Counted from the first letter of the stretch, positions 1 to 10,801 are shown. The stretch: 64,000 nt of DNA from Caldicellulosiruptoraceae bacterium PP1 (GCA_041320695.1 JBGGOQ010000002.1:21618-85617); one strand, 5' to 3'. Notes: generated by a model from the sequence alone, not told the origin. Numbers and translations are program-made.

Positions 1-114
1 AGAGGCAAAAGAAATCCAACTATCAAAACAATTTTTATTATGAGTAAAAATCTAAATGTTAAACCAAGCCAATTTATAAAAGATATTGAAGAATTGGTTT
101 CTGATTTATATTAA
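1..114 (+). CDS. 3' end of a gene that starts upstream of the window (product unknown)
   Basis: Frame 1 is open from the window edge to TAA at 112-114 (...RGKRNPTIKTIFIMSKNLNVKPSQFIKDIEELVSDLY*). It is absent from the ORF track because no start lies in the window. No recognisable family. Confidence 0.25.
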   Translation, partial: RGKRNPTIKTIFIMSKNLNVKPSQFIKDIEELVSDLY

Positions 115-246
115 TTATTTTTTACTCAAAAATTTCAATGAGAAATATAACATGATATTCTTTATCTTTTAACTGTTACATACTTACAAAAGATTAAATT
201 GATAATATATTATTTATTAATAAGATAATAAGTATAACACTTGAAA

Positions 247-296
247 AAACAAACCCTCAAAAATAACCTTTTTGTTACTTCGAGGGTTTGTTTTGA
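247..296. terminator. bidirectional intrinsic terminator hairpin
   Basis: 12-bp perfect inverted repeat AAACAAACCCTC / GAGGGTTTGTTT with flanking T/A runs, between convergent coding regions. Confidence 0.45.
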
Positions 297-309
297 AACT
301 ACTCATATC

Positions 310-437
310 TCAACCTATTTCACGAGTTCTTTCTGTTATAGAAACAAGTATTATATTCATTATACTTATTCCACCAACAATTAGTAAGATTGCTGCGATA
401 GCTATTATATATTTCCATATTTTTAGTAATTGGAATA
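310..437 (-). pseudogene. remnant of an FtsX/MacB-type ABC permease gene (C-terminal fragment)
   Basis: Minus-strand translation ...[39 protein letters not shown] parallels ...[34 protein letters not shown]... of the intact permease at 600-1826. Nucleotide similarity of ~310-410 to ~865-965 is visible by eye. The copy stops at TGA (310-312) and lacks the rest of the FtsX motif. Confidence 0.5.
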
Positions 438-539
438 ATTAGTATAAATATGATAATACATGGCAAATAAATAAAGAATTTATCAAAAATTTATAAAAAA
501 AATTTCAAAAAAATAAATACTTTAAATTCTGTATAATTA

Positions 540-598
540 GCCAACGGGGACGGTTCTGGTTGGCTCGTTTCGTACCAGTGAGAACCGTCCCCGTTGGC
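540..598. terminator. GC-rich 18-bp perfect hairpin 2 nt downstream of the permease stop codon (terminator-like or structured element)
   Basis: GCCAACGGGGACGGTTCT (540-557) and AGAACCGTCCCCGTTGGC (581-598) are perfect reverse complements with a 23-nt loop. It is the only strongly GC-rich stretch in this AT-rich region. No U-run follows immediately on the minus strand. Confidence 0.35.
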
Positions 599-599
599 A

Positions 600-1826
600 T
601 TATTCATACCTCAACGCTTGGATAGGATCCAATTTTGATGCCTTATTTGCGGGGTACATTCCGAAAAATATACCAACTGCAGATGAAAAGACGAAAGCAA
701 TTAATACTGTCGAAAGTGAGATAACAGGAGTTATATTTAGTCTTGGACCGATAATACTTGCAAGTAATACACCCAATCCCATTCCAATTATTCCACCAAT
801 TAATGATATAATCAATGATTCAATTAAGAATTGAACTAAAATGTCTTTTCTTCTTGCCCCAAGAGCTTTTCTTATTCCTATTTCACGAGTTCTCTCTGTA
901 ACAGAAACAAGCATAATATTCATAACACCAATACCACCTACAATAAGTGATATAGCAGCTATTGAACTCATTATTGCAGTAAATATTCCAAGTATTTTAT
1001 TAAACTGTTCCATCCAATTTATAAAACCTTCTGTTTTGTATTTATCACTACTTAAATTATGATGCATTAAACCAATAATCCTTTTAGAACTGGCTTGAGC
1101 AAAATCAAGTTGCTCTGTCTTATAAACCAAAACTCTTATCTGGTTTATATAAAACCTTTCTCCAAAAATCTTTTGAGCAAGAGTAATTGGCATTATTACT
1201 GTCACAATAGATTGCCCACCTGTCAGCATACTTAATGACTGCATTCCTTCGCCATCAAAGACACCAATTATAGTAGCACTTTGCATAGATGAAATAGTAC
1301 CAATATTTATAGTTTTGCCGACACAATCAGTATATCCAAAAAGCTTCTTTGCAGATTGGCTATCAATTAAAGCAACATTCCTGTTATAAATTATATCTTT
1401 TTGATTTAGAAATCTTCCATACAAAATAGATATATTTGAAATTGAACTTAAATCTGCATTTCCAGAGATGATAAAAGCTCTTCTTGTAATTTTTTCAGTT
1501 TTTACAATGCCAGTAGTTTGAAATATTGGAGTTGCAGCCTTTATCTTATCTATTCTATCTTTTAAGTGTTCAGCATCTTTTATTGTAAAATAATCATTTT
1601 GAGAAATTTGAATATCATTCTTAAGCCTTATATCAAATATATTTACACCTATTTTCTCAAACTCACCAAGTATAGCTTTTTGCCCTCCCTGTCCTAATGA
1701 CATAATTGTTATAACAGAAGAAATACCAATTATTATACCTAACATTGTTAGAAAAGCTCTCAACTTATTTGAAAATATGCTTTTTATAGATATCTTAAAT
1801 ATTTCAGCAAAAAACATATAAATCAC
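600..1826 (-). CDS. ABC transporter permease, FtsX/MacB family
   Basis: 408 aa with an N-terminal TM, a large extracytoplasmic domain and C-terminal FtsX TM helices. Conserved motif ...[22 protein letters not shown]... Confidence 0.85.
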   Translation of the reverse strand: MIYMFFAEIFKISIKSIFSNKLRAFLTMLGIIIGISSVITIMSLGQGGQKAILGEFEKIGVNIFDIRLKNDIQISQNDYFTIKDAEHLKDRIDKIKAATPIFQTTGIVKTEKITRRAFIISGNADLSSISNISILYGRFLNQKDIIYNRNVALIDSQSAKKLFGYTDCVGKTINIGTISSMQSATIIGVFDGEGMQSLSMLTGGQSIVTVIMPITLAQKIFGERFYINQIRVLVYKTEQLDFAQASSKRIIGLMHHNLSSDKYKTEGFINWMEQFNKILGIFTAIMSSIAAISLIVGGIGVMNIMLVSVTERTREIGIRKALGARRKDILVQFLIESLIISLIGGIIGMGLGVLLASIIGPRLNITPVISLSTVLIAFVFSSAVGIFFGMYPANKASKLDPIQALRYE

Positions 1827-2519
1827 CTACAAAATAATTCTATCGTTTACTAAATAGTCATCAACTATATTACCATCTTTAATCTTAATAATCCTTTTTG
1901 CATGCTTTGCAATATCATTTTCATGAGTTACCATAACTATTGTAGTACCTTTATTATTTAAGTTTTGAAAAATTTTCATTATTTCTAAACTTGATAAAGT
2001 ATCAAGATTACCTGTTGGTTCGTCAGCTAATAGGAAAGAGGGATTCATCACAATAGCACGAGCAATTGCAATTCTTTGTTGTTGTCCTCCAGAAAGTTCA
2101 TTAGGTTTATGATTTATCCTATCTTCAAGTCCAACACTTTTTAGTGCTTCTTGAACTCTAACTTTTCTAATTGTTGGTTTTATCTTTGCATAAATCATAG
2201 GAACCTCAACATTTTCATATGCATTAAGTTTTTTTAAAAGATTAAATGATTGAAATATAAAGCCAATTTCACTGTTCCTTATTTTTGCTAACTCCTCATC
2301 ATTCATTTCAGACACAATCTTATTGTTCAATTTATAAACACCTGAAGAAGGTTTGTCCAAGCACCCAATAATGTTCATAAGTGTTGATTTACCAGATCCT
2401 GAGGGTCCCATAATTGCAACATATTCACCCTTATTTATTGAAAGTGAAACATTTTTTAGTGCTTCAAACTCTATTTTTCCATTATTATATACCTTCCTTA
2501 TATTTTCTAATATAATCAT
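1827..2519 (-). CDS. ABC transporter ATP-binding protein (MacB/LolD type)
   Basis: Walker [13 protein letters not shown] signature [14 protein letters not shown], Walker [12 protein letters not shown]. Start overlaps the upstream adaptor gene by 4 nt. Confidence 0.9.
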   Translation of the reverse strand: MIILENIRKVYNNGKIEFEALKNVSLSINKGEYVAIMGPSGSGKSTLMNIIGCLDKPSSGVYKLNNKIVSEMNDEELAKIRNSEIGFIFQSFNLLKKLNAYENVEVPMIYAKIKPTIRKVRVQEALKSVGLEDRINHKPNELSGGQQQRIAIARAIVMNPSFLLADEPTGNLDTLSSLEIMKIFQNLNNKGTTIVMVTHENDIAKHAKRIIKIKDGNIVDDYLVNDRIIL

Positions 2520-3661
2520 TTTGTTTCTTCACGTCCTTTTATTTTGACCTTTGTTCCTTCTTGGACAGTTGCAGGCGGATTTAATATAACAATATCTTGT
2601 GAATTTAGTCCAAATATAACTTCAGTTTCAATGTCAGAAGATAACCCTGTTTTTATTTTTTTTAGATGAGCTGTATTATTTTCATCAACAATATACACCA
2701 TTTCGTTACCATACTTATCAGTAATAATAGCTTCTGATGGAATTTTGAGTATATTTTCTTTCTTGCCTATTTCGATATTAACATCAACGCTGTAATTAGG
2801 CTTTAAAATATTTTTATCAATTATATCAACATTTATCTTGACAAATGTATCTACACCAGATTGTGTTATACTCTTTGTGGCAGAGGGGTTTATATAACTT
2901 ACTATTCCTTTATATGCCTTATCAAGAAACTTTATTGTTGCTTTTTGGCCAACTTTTATACTTTGTGCATCATACTGATTTGCGTTAATCACTACTTGTA
3001 ACTTATTCAGATTTTCTGTAACAACAACAGGTAACTGCATAGAAGTAAAATTATTTTCTTTAGCATTTATCTGCGTTACAGCTCCATATCCAGTAGCATA
3101 TATATATTTTGGCTGTTTTGAAATATTATCTTTGATACTTTTAACATTTAAATAAGCTATTTCAACCTGTTTTTCTTGCAATTTTATTTGATCATCAATA
3201 CTTGCTGCATTTTGTGATGATTGCAGGCCACTAATTTGATTTCCATATTGAATTTGATTTGACAATGAAGTTTGATTTTTTAATTTTTCCTTTGTCTTTT
3301 TTAGAATATCTAATTGAAGTTTTGCTATCTCATATTGTTTTTGAGCTATTTCAAGTTGAGTTGTATAGTCTTGAACTTCAAACTCAATTAATTTATCGCC
3401 TTTTGCAACAATATCACCTATATTAACATATATTTTTTTTACTTTGTTCGAGGAATAAGGATAATACTCATATTTTTCCTTTGACTCAACATCACCAGTT
3501 GTGGAAAAATTAGCAACAATATTTCCTATTAAAGCTTTGGATGTTATTACTTCAATACCATTATCAGATTTTTTAAAATAGGATAGTAAATAGAAAGTTA
3601 TTACAGTAACAAAAATTACCATGATACCAATAATCAGTAATTTTCGCTTCAAAATAATCAC
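2516..3661 (-). CDS. efflux transporter periplasmic adaptor subunit (HlyD/MacA family)
   Basis: 381 aa with an N-terminal TM anchor, a long coiled-coil region (QLEIAQKQYEIAKLQLDILKK...) and a beta-barrel C-terminus. First gene of a 3-gene minus-strand operon with the ABC ATPase and permease. Confidence 0.8.
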   Translation of the reverse strand: MIILKRKLLIIGIMVIFVTVITFYLLSYFKKSDNGIEVITSKALIGNIVANFSTTGDVESKEKYEYYPYSSNKVKKIYVNIGDIVAKGDKLIEFEVQDYTTQLEIAQKQYEIAKLQLDILKKTKEKLKNQTSLSNQIQYGNQISGLQSSQNAASIDDQIKLQEKQVEIAYLNVKSIKDNISKQPKYIYATGYGAVTQINAKENNFTSMQLPVVVTENLNKLQVVINANQYDAQSIKVGQKATIKFLDKAYKGIVSYINPSATKSITQSGVDTFVKINVDIIDKNILKPNYSVDVNIEIGKKENILKIPSEAIITDKYGNEMVYIVDENNTAHLKKIKTGLSSDIETEVIFGLNSQDIVILNPPATVQEGTKVKIKGREETK

Positions 3662-3793
3662 CTCTTTTAAAAGTTTCTTAGGTTATTCAGTCAAATTTTT
3701 AATATCACTATATTGTAATCTCTAATTATTGTCAAATTTATTTTTATTGAGAGCCATTGGCTCTAATTTTCAAAAAATATGCTCTCATATTTT

Positions 3794-3801
3794 TGTATAA
3801 T
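3794..3801 (+). promoter_or_regulatory. extended -10 promoter element TGTATAAT upstream of the response-regulator gene
   Basis: TGnTATAAT match 45 nt upstream of the TTG start at 3847. A 7/1/7 palindrome AGAGCCAtTGGCTCT sits at 3750-3764 in the same divergent intergenic region. Confidence 0.3.
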
Positions 3802-3846
3802 AAAAGTATATAATTATATCTACCCTTTAGAATAGGAGGAGAAGAA

Positions 3847-5421
3847 TTGACACTTAATCTGTTAATTGTTGAAGATGAGGACCTAACAAGAGATTGTTTG
3901 CTTAATTATATTCCATGGAAAGAGATAGGTATTTCTGAAATAAAAACAGCCAAAAACGGTGAACATGCCCTTGAAGTTATAGAAGAGTATAAACCTGATA
4001 TTCTACTATCTGATGTAAGAATGCCTAAAATGGATGGTATAGAGCTGTCAAAAAGAGTAAAAAATATTTATCCTGAATGCAAGATAGTTTTTATAAGCGG
4101 ATATGCTGATAAAGAATATCTTCTTTCCGCAATCCAGCTAAATGCACTTAACTATATTGAGAAACCAATCAATATTGATGAAATTACTGAAACAATGAAA
4201 AAAGTAGTAGAAATTTGTATTAACCAAATGAAAAGAGAACAGATAACAAATAAGATTTTTGAAATGTTTAATGAAAATCTATGGTTGATACATAAAACAG
4301 TCATTTTTGAATTACTAAAACCAGATGTTGATATTAATACACTGGATAAATATGGTTTTGATTTAAATAAAAAATATATTCCAATAGTTGCTTTTCTAAG
4401 TTCAGATGATAATGGAAACAATGAAGTACTAATAAAAAACAATGAAGAGCTAATAGAAAAGATTATTGATAATAAGATAATTATGCCGTTTGATTTTTAT
4501 GTTGCGTTTAGTGAATATAATCAGTTAATTTTTGTTATAAATTATTATATTAACCCTGAAATTGTCTTGGATATCTTAAAACAAAATCTTAAAGAGTCTT
4601 ATAAAAATATTGATATTACTGTTGGGATAGGGAAAACAATTAATGATATAACAAAGTCAGGTGAAATAATAAAAGAACTTATTTTGTTCTTAAAAGTTAA
4701 ACAATTTTATAATGGAAAGAATAAAACATATTATTTTGAAGACATCAGCCAAAACCATAAAATTGAAGATGTAGATAATAGAATTCATGATTTTGAAGAA
4801 CTATTAAAAAATAACCAATTTGAACAAGCAAAAAAAATAGTAAATGATCTTAGCATATTATGTAATGAGAGAAAATACAAAGACATTGAAAAGGTAAAAG
4901 GAATATACTTGGAGTTTTTATTTAAAATCTATGAAGTAGGTAGAGAAAGAGGTCTAACAATTAAGCTTGAGAAAAAAGAAAGAAGCCATACTTGGAAAGT
5001 TATTGATAGAATACCTACACTATCTGAATTAGATCAATATATTTGCTTAACAATAGATGAGATATTTAATATCTTTAAGAATAGAGGGAAGTTGGATAAA
5101 AAGGTATATCAAATAATTTCATATATAAATGATAATTTTTCAGATAAAGAGTTATCAATTATGAAGATAGCAAATTATTTCTATTTTAGTCCTAACTATC
5201 TTTGCAATATTTTCAAAAAGGCAACAGGAAAAACAATAAACGACTACATAACTGAGGTTAGAATTGAAAAGGCAAAAGCTTTTTTAAAAGATAGATCAAT
5301 AAAATTATACGAAGTGGCTGAAATGGTAGGGTTTGGAGATCCAAACTACTTTTCAAGTATTTTTAAAAAGAAGGTAGGAGTTACTCCATCTGTGTTTAAG
5401 GAGAGATTTTATTATGATTAA
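3847..5421 (+). CDS. two-component response regulator with receiver domain and AraC-type HTH (YesN-like)
   Basis: N-terminal CheY-like receiver (LLIVEDEDL...D56...K) and C-terminal AraC HTH (…YFSSIFKKKVGVTPSVFKE). RBS AGGAGGAG lies 5 nt upstream of TTG. Confidence 0.85.
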   Translation: MTLNLLIVEDEDLTRDCLLNYIPWKEIGISEIKTAKNGEHALEVIEEYKPDILLSDVRMPKMDGIELSKRVKNIYPECKIVFISGYADKEYLLSAIQLNALNYIEKPINIDEITETMKKVVEICINQMKREQITNKIFEMFNENLWLIHKTVIFELLKPDVDINTLDKYGFDLNKKYIPIVAFLSSDDNGNNEVLIKNNEELIEKIIDNKIIMPFDFYVAFSEYNQLIFVINYYINPEIVLDILKQNLKESYKNIDITVGIGKTINDITKSGEIIKELILFLKVKQFYNGKNKTYYFEDISQNHKIEDVDNRIHDFEELLKNNQFEQAKKIVNDLSILCNERKYKDIEKVKGIYLEFLFKIYEVGRERGLTIKLEKKERSHTWKVIDRIPTLSELDQYICLTIDEIFNIFKNRGKLDKKVYQIISYINDNFSDKELSIMKIANYFYFSPNYLCNIFKKATGKTINDYITEVRIEKAKAFLKDRSIKLYEVAEMVGFGDPNYFSSIFKKKVGVTPSVFKERFYYD

Positions 5422-7198
5422 AAGGATTTTAGCTTTCATAAATAATTTGAGTATTAAATATAAGTTATTCATGGTTTTTATGACTATAATTTTCATTTCG
5501 TTTGGTATATTTTCTGTTCTTAATTATTTTATAGTAGGAAGAGATGTTGAAAAGCAAGCCATTTATTCTTCAAACAATATGTTAAATCAAACAGCATCTT
5601 CTTTAGAAAACAAGTTAACATCAGTTAGGAATGCTATGAATATTTTTGCTATAGATGAAACTTTGCAAAAACTTATAACAAAAACAACTGAGTTTTACCA
5701 AAACGATATAGGAAATTGGCTTATAGATGAAAGAGATATTGTAAGGATTTCATATGCAGCTTGCAGAAATTTTGGTATTGATAATATTACAATATACATG
5801 GCATCAGGACTTCCAACAATATACGAAAATGATACACTTCTTCTGTTCAAAAGAATAGAGCAAAGGCCTTGGTATAATGATATGATCAAAAATAACCAGA
5901 TATATAAGTGGATGAAGTTAAAGGATATTGATCCAGATTCTACAAAGAACTACTTTTCGTTTATTAGACTTATTTCAGATACCAAGGATATCACAAAAAA
6001 TATAGCAGCAATAAGGGCAGATATCGCAGAAGATAGTATTATTAGCATATTAGATATGGCAAGATTTACAAAATCAACTGTATCATTTATTGCCGATAGT
6101 CAAAACAAAGTGATATCTACATCTTCAAACAAGGATGACTTTTCTGCAATTAATTTAAAAGATATTATATCAAAAATAAATACTCAAAGGCTATCTTTTT
6201 TTGAAACAGAAAATAATAACAATAAATATCTAATTGGCAATAAGGAGATTGAAGGGACTGATTGGAGGCTTGTTATGGTAATTCCATATAATCAAATACA
6301 TGAGCTCAACATAAAAACCTTAAAACAGGTTATTGCAATAATATTAATTATTACTCCGTTTACATTGATAATTACGTTATTTGCAGTAACCTCAAACACT
6401 AATAGAATTAAAAAACTCATTTACAGTATGAATAAGGTTACAAAAAAAGGAGATTTTGATATAAATATAAAGTCTGATAGTAACGATGAAATAGGTCAAT
6501 TAATTGAAGCTTTTGATTTTATGATACAAAAGATAAAAGACCTTCTTAAAGAACAATATCTTTTAGGAAAAGAGATTAAAAATTTAGAATTAAAGGCACT
6601 TCAAGCCCAAATAAATCCTCATTTTTTATATAATACATTAGATCTTATAAATTGGATGGCTATCAAAAGTGGCAATAAAGATATTTCAAATATAATATCT
6701 TTACTTTCTAAATTTTATAAATTAAGTTTAAGTAAGGGTGAAGATATTGTTACTGTAAAAAATGAGATTGACCATGTAGTCACTTATGTTACAATTCAAA
6801 ATTATAGATTTAATAACTGTATAAAATTGGAGGTTAATGTTCCTGAAAATATTTACAGAGTAAATATACCAAAGCTTACGCTACAACCATTAATTGAGAA
6901 TTCAATAATTCATGGCATTTTAGAGAAAAATAATCAAAGCGGACTGATATCAATTGTTGCAGAAGAAAAACAAGATGAGGTTATTATATATGTAAAAGAT
7001 AATGGGGTTGGTATACCTATTGATAGGCTTAATGAAATTGAAAATAACAGAGTAATTCAAAAAGAAGGGCACGGTTATGGGGTTAAAAACATTAATCAAA
7101 GATTAAAACTATATTTTGGAGATAATTATGGTCTTTTTTATGAAAGTAAAGAAAATGTTGGAACTACTGTTAAGATAGTCATTCCTAAGTATTTTTAA
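5414..7198 (+). CDS. sensor histidine kinase, YesM-like (two TM, HAMP, His_kinase, HATPase)
   Basis: 594 aa with 2 TM flanking an extracytoplasmic domain, a HAMP region and an internal His-kinase motif (INPHFLYNTL). HATPase_c G-boxes DNGVGI...GHGYG. Overlaps the regulator gene by 8 nt. Confidence 0.85.
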   Translation: MIKRILAFINNLSIKYKLFMVFMTIIFISFGIFSVLNYFIVGRDVEKQAIYSSNNMLNQTASSLENKLTSVRNAMNIFAIDETLQKLITKTTEFYQNDIGNWLIDERDIVRISYAACRNFGIDNITIYMASGLPTIYENDTLLLFKRIEQRPWYNDMIKNNQIYKWMKLKDIDPDSTKNYFSFIRLISDTKDITKNIAAIRADIAEDSIISILDMARFTKSTVSFIADSQNKVISTSSNKDDFSAINLKDIISKINTQRLSFFETENNNNKYLIGNKEIEGTDWRLVMVIPYNQIHELNIKTLKQVIAIILIITPFTLIITLFAVTSNTNRIKKLIYSMNKVTKKGDFDINIKSDSNDEIGQLIEAFDFMIQKIKDLLKEQYLLGKEIKNLELKALQAQINPHFLYNTLDLINWMAIKSGNKDISNIISLLSKFYKLSLSKGEDIVTVKNEIDHVVTYVTIQNYRFNNCIKLEVNVPENIYRVNIPKLTLQPLIENSIIHGILEKNNQSGLISIVAEEKQDEVIIYVKDNGVGIPIDRLNEIENNRVIQKEGHGYGVKNINQRLKLYFGDNYGLFYESKENVGTTVKIVIPKYF

Positions 7199-7322
7199 AA
7201 GATTAAGATTTTAAAGAATATATTAATTTTATCATATATGCATGAATTATTATTAAACATATAATTTTGATTGTAAGAAATATATAAAAAGTTTGTCTAT
7301 AAACAACAAAGGAGTGACAGTA

Positions 7323-8249
7323 TTGAGCTTAAAAAAAGAAAGCTTTTTTAATGAGCTTAAAAAAAATAAAGTTTTATATTTGATGTTTCTGCCCATTATT
7401 CTCTATTATATACTTTTTGCTTATATACCAATGGGTGGAATTATTGTTGCTTTTAAAGATTACAATTATCAAGATGGTATACTATTTAGCCCATGGAATG
7501 GGTTTAAAAACTTTGAGTACTTCTTTACTTCAGGTAAAGCTTGGCTTGTTACAAAAAACACAATATTCTACAATTTAATATTTTTAGGTTCATATACAAT
7601 TTTTTCGGTAGCATGTGCAATAATGCTTGCTGAAATGGCTGGCAAGTTTTTCAAAAAATTTGCACAATCGGTTATGTTCCTACCTTATTTTATTTCTTGG
7701 GTTGTTGTTGCTGCCTTAATATATAACTTTTTTAACTATGATTATGGTTTTGTTAATACATTAATAAAGAGTTTTGGAGGACAGCCAATAGATATATACA
7801 CTAACCCAACATATTGGTATTTCATACTACCTATACTTTATGTTTGGAAATGGGTGGGATATGGAACTGTTTTATACCTTGCAGCAATAATGGGAATAGA
7901 TGAAGAATGCTATGAAGCAGCAATAATTGATGGGGCAAACATTTTCCAAAGAATATTTCATATTACAATACCTATGTTAAAACCAACAATGATTATATTA
8001 ATCTTACTTGCTTTAGGAAGAATACTTCGTGGTGAATTCGACATGTTTTATCAGGTTGTTGGTAATAATCCATTACTACTTGATTATACAGATATCATAG
8101 ATACATTAGTATTTAGGAGTCTTATGCAAATTCAAGATATAGGGATGTCCTCTGCTGCTGGAGCATATCAATCTCTCCTATGTTTTGCAATTATTATGTT
8201 AGTTAACTGGCTTGTTAGACGATATGATAAAGATTATGCATTATTCTAA
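7323..8249 (+). CDS. carbohydrate ABC transporter permease (LplB/YtcP-like)
   Basis: Six TM segments and an EAA-like loop (…AAIIDGANIFQRIFHITIPMLKP). ORF track starts at 7293, but the TTG at 7323 sits 8 nt after AAAGGAG and is the likelier start. Confidence 0.8.
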   Translation: MSLKKESFFNELKKNKVLYLMFLPIILYYILFAYIPMGGIIVAFKDYNYQDGILFSPWNGFKNFEYFFTSGKAWLVTKNTIFYNLIFLGSYTIFSVACAIMLAEMAGKFFKKFAQSVMFLPYFISWVVVAALIYNFFNYDYGFVNTLIKSFGGQPIDIYTNPTYWYFILPILYVWKWVGYGTVLYLAAIMGIDEECYEAAIIDGANIFQRIFHITIPMLKPTMIILILLALGRILRGEFDMFYQVVGNNPLLLDYTDIIDTLVFRSLMQIQDIGMSSAAGAYQSLLCFAIIMLVNWLVRRYDKDYALF

Positions 8250-8271
8250 AAGAATCTGAGGTGACATAAAT

Positions 8272-9150
8272 TTGAAAAAAGGTAATGATTATATCATTTT
8301 TAATGTAATAGCATATACTTTTATATCTTTATTAGCACTTTTTACACTGCTACCTTTTGTGATAATGATAATGAGTTCCTTTGCATCTGAGCATTATATA
8401 ATAAATCATGGTTATACACTTTTCCCAAAAGAGTTTTCGCTAAATGCATACCAAACTATTTTTCAAAATCCACAAAGGATATTTAGAGCATACGGTGTAA
8501 CCTTATTTGTTACAATTATTGGAACATCTATTTCATTGTTTTTATCATCAATGGCTGCTTATGTTATGTATCGAAAAGATGTAAAGTATAGAAATGGCCT
8601 TGCATTCTTTCTATATTTTACAACCTTATTCAATGGAGGACTTGCACCATATTACTTAATTTTAACAAACTATTATCATCTTAAAGATTCAATACTTGTA
8701 TTAATACTTGTTCCAATGTTTAGTGTATTTAACATACTTATTTTAAGAAACTTTATTAAAGGCTCAATTCCAGAATCGTTAGTAGAATCAGCTAAGATTG
8801 ATGGGGCTGGTGATTTTAGGATATTTATAAGAATTATTTTACCTCTATCAAAACCAGCACTTGCTTCGATAGGACTTTTCACAGCACTAAATTATTGGAA
8901 TGACTGGTGGACGCCTATGATGTTTATTGAAAAACAAAATCTATTTCCTCTACAATATACACTTTATCTAATTCTTTCAAGTGTAAATATTGCTGCTAAT
9001 ATTTTAAGCCACGTAACCAGGTTTGATATGCCAAAAGAAACTATAAAGCTTGCAATGACTGTTGTTGCAACAGGGCCAATAATTCTTTTGTATCCATTTG
9101 TTCAAAGATACTTTGTAAAGGGGATAACATTAGGAGCAGTAAAAGGTTAA
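8272..9150 (+). CDS. carbohydrate ABC transporter permease (LplC-like)
   Basis: 292 aa, 6 TM. EAA motif ESAKIDGAGDFRIFIRIILPLSKPAL. Confidence 0.85.
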   Translation: MKKGNDYIIFNVIAYTFISLLALFTLLPFVIMIMSSFASEHYIINHGYTLFPKEFSLNAYQTIFQNPQRIFRAYGVTLFVTIIGTSISLFLSSMAAYVMYRKDVKYRNGLAFFLYFTTLFNGGLAPYYLILTNYYHLKDSILVLILVPMFSVFNILILRNFIKGSIPESLVESAKIDGAGDFRIFIRIILPLSKPALASIGLFTALNYWNDWWTPMMFIEKQNLFPLQYTLYLILSSVNIAANILSHVTRFDMPKETIKLAMTVVATGPIILLYPFVQRYFVKGITLGAVKG

Positions 9151-9213
9151 AAGAGGTTTTTACAGGAGAATTTTCTCCTGAAATATATAAAACAAAAAGG
9201 GGAGGCTAAATTA

Positions 9214-10773
9214 ATGAAGAAGGTTAAAGCTATATCACTAATCTTAACTGTTTGTTTTGTAATAAGTATTTTAGGTTCTTCGGTATTTGCATCATCTAAA
9301 AAAGTGGCACCTGGTTTTGATGCAAGCATCGATATTTCAAAGCCAGTAAAGCTAACAGGATATCTTTTGGGTGATGCTCCAGCAGGAATGCCAGAAGTAA
9401 TGAAAAAACTTAATGAAAAACTTAAAAAAGACATTAACGCAACAATGGAGATTAACTACATAGGTTGGGGAGACCTAAACTATAAGTATCCATTAGTTCT
9501 TGCTTCTGGGGAAAATGTTGACTGGATATATACAGCAAACTGGGCATTTTATGCTCAAGAAGCTATAAAAGGTGGATTTAAGGCACTTACAACTGATATG
9601 CTTAAGAAGTATATGCCAAGACATTATAAAGTTATGCCGCAAGCAGGATGGAAACAAGCATTAATAAAAGGTAAAGTATATATGATACCAACAGCAACAC
9701 CAGATAGAAAAAGCAGTTGTTTGATTATAAGAGAAGACTTAAGACAAAAATATGGGGTACCAGAAATAAAAAGATACACAGATATTGAACCATATTTAGC
9801 AGCAATCAAGAAGAATGAACCCACAATGACTCCAATGAATTTAGATAGTCAATATGATACAGGCAATGCTTATTGGTATCTAATTTATGAATCAGGTGAA
9901 TACCTGCAAGATGCTGCGAGAGTAACATCTGGAGGGACAGGTCTTTATACAAGCATTTATGCAACAAAACCAGAAGTTTACTATATAATGGACAACAAAG
10001 TATTCCCAAGATTTAAGAAAGCAGCACAGACAATAAAATCATGGTATGACAAAGGTTATATTAACAAAAACGCATTTGCAAATAAGGTAAGAAGTAAGGA
10101 CTCATTTGATCAAGGCAAATCAGCTGTTGGATTTGGTAATACTCAAGATATTCAATCCAACTTAGCAAATGCTAAAGCAAAAGGATGGAAGGTAAAAGTA
10201 ATACCTGTTGTTGACGCAAAAGGGCATTATCCTGCAGATCCATATCTAAATAATGGTGTTGCACTTGTTGCAAAAACAAAGAATGCTGAAAGAGCACTTA
10301 TGGCATTAGACTTAATTATGGAAGAAAAATCATACAATTATTTAGTATACTTCGGAATAGAAGGAAAGAACTATATAGTTAAAAATGGTAAAATTGATCT
10401 ACCTGCAGGTGTTACAGCAGATAAAAATACTTATCCACCAGATGCGGCTGGATTCTGGTTTACTAATAAAGATCAACATCTACCACTTGCATCATGGGAT
10501 AGTGATTATATAGCATTAAGAGAAAAGGTTAAAAAATCATTATATAATGATATGTTAGCAGCATTTTCACTTGACCAAACCAATATCAAAACAGAGATTG
10601 CTAACTTAAATCAAGTAATTGTACAATATATGACACCAATTCAAATAGGTATTGTAAAAGATGTTGATTCTGCATTTGCTACACTGGATAAAAAACTAAA
10701 GGCAGCAGGTGTTGAAAAGGTAAAGAAAGAAGTTTTAAAACAAATTGGACAGTATATGGATTCAATAAAATAA
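9214..10773 (+). CDS. extracellular solute-binding lipoprotein of a sugar ABC importer (LplA-like)
   Basis: 519 aa with a signal peptide (MKKVKAISLILTVCFVISILGSSVFASSKK). Its size and position after two permeases are typical of Lpl-type binding proteins. Confidence 0.8.
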   Translation: MKKVKAISLILTVCFVISILGSSVFASSKKVAPGFDASIDISKPVKLTGYLLGDAPAGMPEVMKKLNEKLKKDINATMEINYIGWGDLNYKYPLVLASGENVDWIYTANWAFYAQEAIKGGFKALTTDMLKKYMPRHYKVMPQAGWKQALIKGKVYMIPTATPDRKSSCLIIREDLRQKYGVPEIKRYTDIEPYLAAIKKNEPTMTPMNLDSQYDTGNAYWYLIYESGEYLQDAARVTSGGTGLYTSIYATKPEVYYIMDNKVFPRFKKAAQTIKSWYDKGYINKNAFANKVRSKDSFDQGKSAVGFGNTQDIQSNLANAKAKGWKVKVIPVVDAKGHYPADPYLNNGVALVAKTKNAERALMALDLIMEEKSYNYLVYFGIEGKNYIVKNGKIDLPAGVTADKNTYPPDAAGFWFTNKDQHLPLASWDSDYIALREKVKKSLYNDMLAAFSLDQTNIKTEIANLNQVIVQYMTPIQIGIVKDVDSAFATLDKKLKAAGVEKVKKEVLKQIGQYMDSIK

Positions 10774-10801
10774 GAAGATATCAATCAAATTAAAAAAGAA
10801 G

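Noticed and set aside
540-598. Possibility that the GC-rich 59-nt element is a tRNA or other small RNA gene
   Set aside because: It folds as a single 18-bp perfect stem-loop with no cloverleaf, acceptor stem or anticodon-arm geometry. It is better explained as a terminator or stability hairpin.
841-1062. 73-aa plus-strand ORF inside the permease gene
   Set aside because: Entirely antisense to a well-supported FtsX permease CDS. No RBS and a low-complexity hydrophobic translation typical of antisense frames.
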